A stretch of DNA of 64,000 bases from Vicugna vicugna (taxonomy: Eukaryota). The DNA lies in NCBI GenBank assembly GCA_013265495.1, contig MU058337.1, forward strand, positions 7,174,716-7,238,715, written 5' to 3'. Positions 13,401 to 25,400 of the stretch are shown one piece after another. The notes below the pieces were generated by a model. That model saw only the letters and a list, made by a program, of their open reading frames with translations. It ran no database searches and was not told the DNA's origin. Within the stretch, counting starts at the first letter, position 1; every line of letters begins with the position of its first letter. A program made the position numbers and the translations under genes.

Positions 13401-16400
13401 AAATGATGCAGTAAACTTATTTGTTTTTAAGGGCTCCAGGTGGACGCTGCAAGCAGCAACTATGAGCGGGAAGATTGTAAGTTTGGCACATGGAGATGTT
13501 TCATGGCCACTGGTCACTATTCCTTTGTTTTACTCCCTTTACCCTCTTTCTCCTCCCCTCTCATAACATTCCAAACTGCCCCCCGCATTTGCTCCTCTGT
13601 GTGAATTTATCCATGAAATTTTTCCCCCTCTTTTTAGGGAATTATTGAGATTCAGCCGGATCAGATGCAGGTAGGAGAAAATATTTAAGTCCCTTTCAGA
13701 GATCAAAGCCACCTTTGAGACAAGAGTAACAGTTCACCTCCACTTCATCTGCAGACCGTGAATGCCATCTTGATTGTTATCATGGTCCCCATCATGGATA
13801 CTGTGGTGTACCCTCTGATCGCAAAGTGTGGTTTCAGTTTCACGTAGGTGACCGCAGGTTGGGATCGGGCTTGGGGCTCCATCTGTCCTAGGGCTTTGCA
13901 AGCGGGCTATGCTCCCTCAGCTCCCAGAGCCTTGGTGGAAGGAATGTCCGGCTCCCCTCCCATAACACCCACCACGTGCGGAGCTTTTCAAAGAAATATT
14001 TTTGAATCAGATGTCTCTGTGCCAATGTTTCTGAAAGTTTGCCCTCCAAAGTACTATTAATGGCAGCCTGAAAACGCCTCTTAATAAGGCTCTCTCGTAT
14101 ATGTGTTCAATAGAAATTTTAACTATGACCCAAAGTAGCACTTGAATGATAGTTTCTAGAAATTAAATGTAAAAATGCAAATGAGAAGCTTTATTACATT
14201 TATCCTCCTTAGTCTTGGGCATGCATAAGAGACAAAGGCTGCTTTGAATTCATGTGCTTTGAGGGGAAGTTGGTTTTGTTGGGGGGTTGGGTGGGAGAGG
14301 AGTGCTCCCTTTGGAGGTTTCCATTAGCTCACCTGAATGCAGCCGATGGAAATTCTTTCTCTTGCTTGTCCTGCCAGTCCCTTGAAGAAGATGACAGTTG
14401 GGATGTTCCTGGCTTCCATGGCTTTTGTGGCAGCTGCAATTGTGCAGGTGGAAATTGATGTGAGTTGCCCTGATTCTGCAGTGCCTTTCCTGGTGGGGCT
14501 GGTGGGGCATTCAGAAGCCTTCTTTCTCCAGGACTGCGAGTAATCAGGGGAGGCCAGAGATCTGCTGATTAAACCAAGTCTGGAGCTGTGAACAATGTGC
14601 CATGGGGCAAAATAGTCCCTTTGAGTCAGCATGCCCTGCTTCAGTGACACTGGGATTTGAGAGAGGGCATTGTAGGGAGAATGCAGAAGCCCTGAGCAGG
14701 GTGTGAGGCAGGAAAGCAGAAAGCACTGTGAGGTGATATTTAGAGCACTGTGTCCAGGGCTGAGTCTGGGCTTCCAGAGTTACAAGGGGTGACATTGGCA
14801 TCCAAGGAGAGCAGACACCACCACAAGATCAGCAGTCATTTAGGCTCTGGTTACTCTGACCCCTCAGATAGTAGGCTTTGTAACCTGGCATCCTTTGACC
14901 TGGAGGTGGCTAGGTGGGACCAAAAGCAGCCTCCTTCTGATTGCTTCCACCTTCTGGATGAGCATCACTTTCTATGGGGGCCATGGGTGTGGGAATTGGA
15001 GCCTCATGGGCTTCGTGGTGGGTATTTGGTGAGCCTCAGCCAGCACAGCTTTCCTTGGCCAGGGGGACAGTGACTCCAGGGCCATGGTTAAGGTCACTTT
15101 CAATATGCACTGAAGACCTCACTGCCAGTTCTCTTCTTATTTTGCTCAGAAAACTCTCCCAGTCTTCCCCAGAGGAAGTCAAGTCCAAGTTAAAGTACTG
15201 AATATAGGAAATGATAACATGACTATATCTTTTCCTGGAACGACAGTGACACTTGACCAGATGTCTCAAGTAAGTAAAAGGAAATGCAACTTTGTTTTTT
15301 CTTCTTCTGACCCAAGTGATAAAAATAGGATTTGGAGAAGCTCATCCTCTTGGTCCTCATTATCAGTCCCAAGATGAGCCCAGAAGGGAAATGTCCTAAT
15401 ATCCTGATCTCATTTTGGCGTCACCCTTGCCAGTGTGCTTTTTTAAGATGCCTGTGAATCACCTTGGAGCTTCTTAAAATGCAGATTCTTGAGCTGAAAT
15501 GCTGCATTTTTTACGAGCTCTCAGGTGACGATGATGTGGCTGGTACGTGGAACCAAATTCTAGGGCAGTGGTTCTCCACCAGGGCTGTTTTCCCCCTCAG
15601 GGAACACTTGGTAATCTCTGGAGACATTTTTTGTTGTCACAACTAGGAGTGTGCTATTGGCATATTCTGTGTAGAAGCCAGAGAAGCTGATACATAGTCT
15701 CCCTTCACAAAGAATTATCTGGCCCTTAAGTCTGCATTGGAATCACCTGGAGAGCTTTGACAGTTCTGACACCTGCATCCCAACCATAGCGATGCTGATT
15801 TAACTGGTCTCCTTCCTGTTCAGCCACCATTAACAACCACACCCTTAGATCTTGCCAAACTAATAATAATCATGAAGGAACAAAGCACATTTGACTCCTG
15901 ATGCCTGGGGCAGGAGTTGACTTCCCAGTGTTGATTTTTACCCAAGCTGTTGCTTTTGCCCGATGCTGTTCTTTGCCCAATGGTAGAAATAATTTCCACA
16001 GCATTTATCTTCAAAAAATGAAATAAAAGTAAAATGCTGGATGAAAGGCATAATTCTTGTGGTTAACTCTAAACAACTTGAGGATGGAGTCCACCCAAGT
16101 GGGGTGGGGTCGGGGCTGAGACAGACCAATGCCGGCTCCCCACAAGGCATCTTTTGATGGTTATGAACGTGACCTGGGAATGTCAAATAATGTGCATGGC
16201 AGAGTTCAGTCACATGGTGCAGAACAAGGCTCTGTGGTATTAACTGTGATTCCTTTTCCCCCATTATAGACAAATGAATTCATGACTTTCGATGTAGGTA
16301 TCAACATTTCTTCTGCTGGATCACTAGTCACTCCAGTAACCATGGCAGAGTTCAGTCACATGGTGCAGAACAAGGCTCTGTGGTATTAACTGTGATTCCT

Positions 16401-19400
16401 TTTCCCCCATTATAGACAAATGAATTCATGACTTTCGATGTAGATAAACTGACAAGTATCAACATTTCTTCTGCTGGATCACTAGTCACTCCAGTAACTC
16501 ATAGCTTTGAGCAGGGCCATCGCCACACCCTTCTAGTGTGGGCCCCTAATCACCACCGAGTGGTAAGTAGCTGGACATCTACAGCTGACTCTTGGCTATT
16601 TGTATTATTGGAGATACGGCCATTTAGTGGTGTGACTTTGTTTTATCCCCACGTAGTACTATATTAGAGAATCCTCAGTTCTTCCTTCTTCAAGGACGTA
16701 AGTCATTTGACGTCCAATAAAGGTTTGACTGGTGGATGGGAACGGTTAAAAGTAATTTTAAAAAATTTTTAAAGAACTTCTGGGCATGGTATGGTGTGTG
16801 TGTGTGTGTGTACACAAGTCACACAGAATACATATCTGCCTTCTGAGGCTTTTTGAGTTAAAGGTTTTTTTTTAATGCATCTCTACTTTTTACTTGATTT
16901 ACTTTAGGGGTTTTTTGGGGGGAAGAGGTAATTAGATTATTTACTTATTTATTTGTTTTAATGGCAGTACTGGGGATTGAACCCAGGACCTCCTGCGTGC
17001 TAAGCACACGCTCTACCACTGAGCTATACCCTCCTTTCTGAGATAACATTCTAAATACAAATTTAATAGCATTTATTTTAAAAGTTTGCACTCAGTAATT
17101 GGGAAATTAGAGCAATCTCTGGAAAAATAAAGTGAATATAACAGGTAAAAGCAATAAAAATACGTATAAATGAGTTCATGACAAAACTGAGGCATCTAGA
17201 GATGCCATTCAGCCTATAAAGAAGCAGTGAAAGTGTCATGAGTATTCTGTAGGGTGAATTTAGTTGGGCTTCCACAAAACTGCAATATGGAATTAAGACT
17301 CTTGGGTAACATGTTTAATTAGGGAGCTGTTGAGTGGCTTGTGCTAAATTCTTGGACGGCAGTGTTCTGTGGAACCACTAAAAAGCAAACATTCAAAATT
17401 GTAGCAACTCATGGTGATTCAAGAAAAGCCAGGGAGGATGAGTGGAGCCCTGCAAGTGTAATCATTATGCCCTTATCTCCGAGGATAAATGCTAGTATCA
17501 CTGTGCTTCTCAAAGGCTGAAATGTTCCTCTGAACTTATTCTCATGAGTTAGATTTGCACATGTTTTCTTTCTCAGGTAAAGGATGGCCTTAACCAGAAG
17601 CCAGAAAAAGGAGAAAATGGAATCAGGTATGTATGTTTCCTTAAAACTTAAGTTAATATCAGCTTCTGAAAGTAATGCATACCCATGGTAAAATCCAACT
17701 GTAACAGGGATATCAAAGGAGAGTATGGGATTTAATCCCAAGAATGTAAGGCTGGTTCAATATTTTTTTTAATCAATAAATAAAATTTGTCATCTTCATA
17801 AACTAAAGAGGAAAATCCACATCATCATATCAATTGATACAGAAAAAGCATTTGATAAAATTCAGCATCCATTCATGATAACAGCTCTGAATGAACTAAG
17901 AACTGAAGGGAACTTCCTCACTCTGAAAAAATACATCTGGAAAAACCCAAGCTATCATTGTACTTAATGGCAAAAGTCTCAAGGCTCTCCTCCTAAGACT
18001 GGAAACTAGGTCAGACTTGCCAAGCCACTCCTTTTCAAAATCCTTCAGATGCCAGTGCCAGGAGGCAAGAAAAAGAAGTAAAAGCACTTAGATTGGAAAG
18101 GAAGAAATAAAACTATCCCTCCTCACAGATAGCATGATTGTGTCACAAGTCCCAAGGACTCTACAGAGAAAGTTCGTAGAATCAATAGGTGAGTTTGGAA
18201 AGGTTACAGGATACAAGGCCAATGATGAAACAAACACATTTCTATATACCAGCAGTAAATGATTGGACACTGAAATTTTAAAACTGCCTTTTACCATAGC
18301 TCCAAAAAAGTGATGTAATACTAATTATGAATCTAATACAACATATATAGGATTGACAGCTGAAATTACAAAAGGCTGATGAAAGAAATCAATGCAAAAC
18401 ACATGGAGAGATATATTGGGTTTGTTGATTAGAAGACTTAATATAGCAAAGACGTCAGTCTTCCCCAAATTGGTCTATAGGTTTAGTGCAATTCCAGTCT
18501 CAGTCACAGAATTGGATTTTTGGTTTAAGATTTTTTTCCAGTTTTATTGAGGTATAATTGACAAATAAAATTGAATATATTTAAAATGTACAACATGATG
18601 ATTTGATATATGTATACATTGTGAAATATTTACCACAGTCAAGTTAATTAACATATTCATCACCTCATAGTTACCTTTTTTTTATGATGAGAATGCTTAA
18701 GATCCAATCTCTTAGGAAATTTAAAGTATGCAATACAGTTTAACTGTAGTCACCATACTGTACTTTCAATCCTTACTCAGAACTGAGACTTTGTAACCTT
18801 TGACCAACATCTCCCATCTCCATTCCCCCCCTTTCTTGGCAACTACCATTCTACTCTCTGGTTTTATGAAGTCAATTTTTTTTAAGATTCTGCATATAAG
18901 TAACACCATACAGCCTTTCTCTGTCTGGCACAATTCACTTAGCATAATTGGTCAGTGGAATGGTCCAAAGACCCACACAAGTACAGGCAACTGATTTTTG
19001 ACAAAAGTACAAAGACAATCAATGGACTAAGGATGGCCTTTTCTTTTTTTTTAATATTTTATTTATTTGTTATTGTATTGCTTTTAATTTTTTTTTTTAT
19101 TTTGGGGGGAGAAGATAGTTAGGTTTATTTATTTTTGAAGGAGTTGCTGGGGATCAAACCCAGGACCTTGTGCATGCTAAGCATGCACTCTACCACTTGA
19201 GCTATACTCTCCCCTAAGGATGGTCTTTTCAACAAATGGTGTTGAAACATTTAGACACTCATATGTAAAAAACAAATCTGACCAAAACTTCACATTTTAT
19301 ACAAAATTCTTATATAAAAATTATATTAAAATTCTTATATGTCACATAGAAAGATTAACTCAAAATTGATTATAGATCTACATGTAAAATGTAAAACTAT

Positions 19401-22400
19401 TACATTTTTATAGGGAAACACAGAAAATGTTTGTAACTTGGGTTCTTAGATATTACACCCAAAGGACAACCCGTAAAAGAAAAAAATTAAGATTTTCTCA
19501 AAACTAAAAACATTTGTTCTGTAAATCTCACTGTTAAGAAAAGGAAAAGATAAGGTACAAGCAGGGAGAAAATATTTATAAGTCACGTATCTGACAAAGA
19601 ACTTATATCTAGAATATATAAAGTACTCTCAAAACCCAGTAATAAGAAAATAACCCAGTTAAAAATATAGCAAAAGATTTTAACAGAGATTTCACTGAAG
19701 AAGATACACAAGTAAACACATGAAAAAATGTTCAACATCATTGGCTATTAAGGAAGTATCAAATAAAACCACAGTGAGTTTTCATGACACCCCTATTGGA
19801 TGGCTATAATAATTTTTTTAAGTGATAATACCAAGTACTGGTGAGAATACAGAGCATCTGGTCCTCCCATGCATTGGTAGTGGAAGTGCAAAATGGTCCA
19901 GCCACTCTAAAAACAGTGGCAGTTTCTTATAAAGTTAAATGTATACTTACCATATGACCCAGCCATTTCACTCCTAGGTGTTTGTTTTAGAGAGATGCAA
20001 ACTTATGTTCACATAAAAACCTATACACAAATGTTTATAGAAGCTCTGTTCATAATTACCAACGATTGGAAGCCACCCAACTGTCCTTCAGTGGGCGATG
20101 GATAAACAGACATCAGACTATATTACATCCGTCCAATGGAATATTACTCAGGAAAAAAAGGAACGAACTTGATACATGCAATATAAAAGAAATTCAAATG
20201 CATTATGCCACTAAAGATGCCAATCTCCAAAAGTTACATACGTACCACACAATTCCATTTACATGACATTCTGGAAGTAGGAAAAAAAAGAAAACCTGTA
20301 AGAATGAAGAACAGATTAGTGATTGTCATGGTGGGAGTGGAGAAAAGGTTTAACTACAGGGCTGCATGAGAGAGATTTTGGGGGCAATGGAACTGATCTG
20401 TATTCTGATTGAGATAGTGTTTATGTAAATCTAGATGTGTTAGAATTCATAGATGGTGTATACATCTATGAAAATTCGTCAAATTGTACATCTGAAATAT
20501 GTGTAATATACAGAACAGGAATATTACCACAATAAAGGTGTTTAAAAAAGCTCATAGAACCATACCCCAAAAAGCCAATTTACCATAAATATACTTTTTA
20601 ATAAGAATAAATTGGGGAAAAATGGGAGTAGGTCTCCTATTTGCCTGAACCCTTACCCCCAATTCCCATATCCGTGTGGCCACACCTGAATTTTTGATTT
20701 TACGTTTTACTAGTTACCACCAAAACACAAATTAATGGAGAAATAATTTATTATTAGGATGCCATCTACTAACTTAAATGGTAAAGAAATTAATGGACTT
20801 TTCATCCCTCTTTGCTGCCAATGCTTCACATCGTTAATATTTATAATATTTATTTTCCTGTGGATTCCATATGCTACGTGGAGTCCAAAAAATAGATCAA
20901 TAACAGGATTTACAATTTGACTATATAAATATTAGTCACAATGTAATAGAAGTGATCAGTCTGAAAGAGAAGAAAATGTAACTTTATAGCTTTGAAAATG
21001 TATCCCCAAAAGGAAGTGTTCTGAATGTCAAGATTAATTGACATTCCATGAATTGTTCTGTGGTATTGCATCTTGGCTGCTTTAACGTAACCAAGGCTTT
21101 CTTGCAAAGCGTTTGTTTTTTGTTTTTTGTTTTTTTGCTATAACCTACTTGGCCTCTTGTTGACAAAAGCATGAGCCTTTATCCCCAGCATGAGCCAGGG
21201 AGTGGATCCAGGGTTACACTTCTCTCTAGAAACATTGAACATGCTCTTTGATCTAACTGGAGCCTTTGCTGTGTGATCCTGTGGTGCCGTGGTCCTCATG
21301 GAATTTTCAGTGTATGAGCAGGTTTCTGCCTTTCTTTCTTGGATTCCATGGCATCTCTCTTGGACACCTTTCTGGTTTTGCTGCAGGCTATGCTCAGTTG
21401 TCTTGCCAAGAGAAGCTGTGAGGTAGATGGCAGGCCCTTGCGTGCTTGGAAATGCCTTTTTCTGTTCTTGCGCTTAATCATAGGTGGAATGCAGTTTTCC
21501 CCCAGAACCTTGGATATTGATTCTCTTGGTATCTAGTATCTAGTTGTGTAGACTTAAAAAAAAAAAAAAAGTGCCTGCCAGTCTTTTTAGTTGATTTAAT
21601 TTTCTTCTCCAAGCTTTTGTTATCTTCTTTCTCCTTGGTGTTCTCACATTTCTCTGCAGCGTAACTAAATCTGGATATGATTTTATTCATCTTGCCAGCA
21701 CTAGGCCCTTTCAATTTTTAGTTCCTTCCCTCATCTTCTTTGTTCCCTTCTGTATTAGTCTGCCAGGGCTGCCATAACAGAGCACCGCAGACTGGGAGGG
21801 AGGCTTAAACAAACGGAAAATGATCTCGCAGCTCTGGAGGCTGGAGTCTGTGGCCAGGGTGTCGGCAGGGTGGTCTCCTCTAAGGCCTCTCTCCTGGCTT
21901 GTAAATGCCTGCTTCTCTCTGTGCCTGCACATGGCCTTCCCTCTGTGTGTGCCTGGGTCCTCATTTCTTCATAGAAAGACCCCAGATCTGTTGTATTAAG
22001 GCCCACCCAAATGACCTCATTTTACCTCTTTAAAGACCCTGTCTCCACATACAGTCATACACTGAGGTCCTGGTAGGGTTAGGACTCCATATGAATCGGA
22101 CAGTTTAGAGTGTGGTATCCTCTCTTGTCCTGATGCCATTAAAGCTGCCTCCTCCTCCCCCACCCTTCTTTTAAATTGTCTTTGATGAGATCTTGGAAAG
22201 AAGACAGATACAGAGTCAGTAACACTTTACCCCACCAGTCCCCATGTGGTAAAAGATAAACCAGAACCTTTTCTTTTAATTAGCAATAGCAAATCTTTAA
22301 TGAATCAAAGGTTTTATTATTTCACTGATGCCCAGACTATACATTTATTTTTTGAAAAGGCTGGGGGAAGTTATGAAAAACTAGCATCAGAAACAAACTG

Positions 22401-25400
22401 GTAGCTGGAACAACTTCAATAATTTCAGAAAGTCAGACTTCTGAGCAGTGTATGAAATAAAGGAAGAGTCCTCACAAGCATAAGCAAAATGGAATCCTCT
22501 TAATTATGTGGTATCAGGAAGCCACAGGACTTAAACAGACTACCTTAAATCAGTCTTTTAAATGAAGTGGCAATACATCAGTCAAAAAGTGGTTGAGAAT
22601 GTGGTACTCATCTTTCTCATGCATTTTTTTAAACATTATGTATTGCTACATATAGAGGTATCTATAAGCAATATGTTCTTGGCATGTTTTTAAGCTTACT
22701 ATGTTATTACCCTGTGTATATGTCATTCTGCAATAATATTATAAATAGTATTACAAAATATATTACATTAAAAATGTTATTTTAATATTTAGTCATATTG
22801 ATATATGTGTCCCTTACCCATTCACTTAAACCATTGTATAATGTTCCATTGCATGGATATACCACAATTTTAAAAAATCCATTCCTCTATTCAAGGAAAT
22901 TGAGGTTAGTTTCACTTTTCCACTGTCACAATCCACTTTCAAAAACGTTTCTTTGTCCACGCATGGGAAGTTTCTCGAAGGCAGAGACCATTAAACCTTC
23001 TATCAGATTCAATAAAAATATTTTGTGCATGTACCCACAATGTATGAATATAGTATCCTTTATAAATTATATATATATATAAACCAATGTACCAAATTAA
23101 TATGTGTATCATAAGTAATACAAAAAAGAAATATAAAAAGGGTGAGAAAAGTAAAAAAAAAACACCCAATATTTTACAAATATTTTTATTCATTAGTGGT
23201 ATAAAAATCATTAGGGCAGATAATGTGATTGTATGCTTCATTGATTACTAAAAACATCTCAAGTAAAGATTTGAAGTCTGGGCAGAAAGCCTGGTTGTCA
23301 GTTCAGTGTATTTCAATCCTGGTTTTCATAGCTGCCATACTGAAAAAGATGCTTTAAGGTGGGAGTGTGGGCGGAGCATAACTGACCATAACTAGATTCA
23401 GAAAGATATCTTCATTTTAAAAATTGTGAAGTTTTCAACAAGTGGTACTGGGACAACTGGAAATCTATATGCAAAAGATTGAAGTTGGACTCTTCCACCT
23501 GATACCATACCCAGAAACTAACTCGGTGGATGATAAACCTAAATATAACTAAAACAATACAATTTGCAGAAGAAAAATAGGAGTGAATCTTTGTGACCTT
23601 TGGGTTAGGCAGTGGTTTCTTTAGGAAACCAAGAGCACAAACAACAAAAGAAGAAAAATAGCAACTTACACATCATCAAAACTGAAAACATTTGTGCTAC
23701 AAATGATACCATCCAGAAAGTGAAAGGACAACCCACAGAATGAGAGAAAATATTTGAAAAGCATATATTTAATAAGAGACTTACATCCCAAATATATAAA
23801 GAATTATCACAACTCAATAATAAAAAGGCAGACCAATTATTTTTTACGTGGGCAAAGTATTTAAGTAGATGTTTCTCCAAAGAAAATATACAATTGGCAA
23901 AAAAACACATGAAAAGATGCTCAAGATCATTACTCACTAGGGAAATGCAAATCAAAACCATGATGAGATACCACTTCACACTCACTAGACTCTAATAAAT
24001 AAATAAACACATAATAACAAGTGTTGATGAGGCAGATAAATTGAAATCCTTATACACTGCTGGGGGAAATGTAAAATGATGCAACCACTTTGAAAAACTG
24101 TTTCTCAAAATGTTAAACATAGAGTTACTATATGACCCAGCACTTTTGTTCCTAGGTATACACCCAAGAGAAGTGACAATATATGTCCACTCAAAAATTT
24201 GTAGGTAAATGTTCATAGCAACATTATTCACAATAAATAAAATGAGGAAACAACCCAAATGCCCATCAACTGGTAAACAAAGTGTGGTCTGTCCATACAA
24301 TGGAATTATTCATCCATGAAAAGGAGTGGAGCCCTCCTGATACATGCTCTAAGGTGAACACACCCGAAAAACATTATGCTAAGTGAAAGAAGCCAGTCAC
24401 AAAGATGATTCCATTTACATGAAGTGGCAGGTAGAGCCACAGGGACAGAAAGCAGGTTAGTGGTTGCCAAGGACGGGGGAAGGGGACATGGACACAGATA
24501 TGGAGTTTCTTTTTGGAGTGATGGGAACTGGATTGTTGTGATGGTTCTACGACCCTGTGGGTATAATGAAGTCACTGAATTGTACACTTTACATGGGACA
24601 AGGATGAATTTTGTGATATGTGACTTGTATCTCATAAAGCTTTTTTTTTAATTGAAAAGGAACAAATATCAGTGTCCCTTGGTTATTCTTTAAGGAACTG
24701 GTCCCATCTTGTCATTTTCTCAGCTGGTTCCCACTCTCCACGCCTCATCCCATGATCACTTCATAGCTTACATCCTGGTGCTCCTAAAATGCCTGAGCTG
24801 ACCTGAAGCCTTAGTGGAACCCTAGGATATGCCCAATCAGAGCTCTTAGAGAAAACGCCAGATCTTCAGTCTCTGCTTTCTTTGCCCTTCAAAGTTCTCA
24901 GAATGTGTTTGCTGTTTACCCTTTACTATTTTCTGTGTGTACATGGAAACATATCTGATGTGCGTGATGTTGCTTTTTTTCCCCCAGATTATTTTCATTC
25001 TTATTGTTGTCTTGTACCAGCCCTGAGACATATGTGAGGCAGTCAGTAGTCCTCACGTTTTAGGGTAAGATTTATTCAGTCTTATGGCTTATACTATATA
25101 AAGCCAGGACCCAGGCCCAAGGGTCTACTTCTTAATTTCATACTATTTCCATCGTCTGTCTATTGAATTGTTCATCTTCATCTCTGATAAAAGTGGCAGT
25201 TACAGTTTGGAGCAGTATCAGTTTTCTTAGACTTCTGTTGACCTACATCAGGTTGAATTTTCTATATTAATCACCTGTCAAATGACACCATGTCAAATGC
25301 CCAAGGATGTCAGGACCTGAGACTAATTCACAGAAATATTTTCTCACTCCCTGGAATTTGACCAGTATTACTTACTGCTACAAAGTAGATGAAACTTGGC

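Larger units (their letters stand above)
17685..20560 (+). mobile_element. Old, degraded L1 (ORF2 plus 3' UTR, L1M-type) with nested insertions
   Basis: Decayed RT-region codons (tcaattgatacagaaaaagcatttgataaaattcagcatccattcatg = [16 protein letters not shown]) and 3' motifs (ccatatgacccagcc). Confidence 0.88.

Noticed and set aside
16270..16340. Additional genuine coding exon
   Set aside because: Either possible use frameshifts or reaches a stop; treated as a duplication finding instead
23605..24635. Three consecutive minus-strand ORFs of 102-126 aa
   Set aside because: Antisense translations of a degraded L1 3' end
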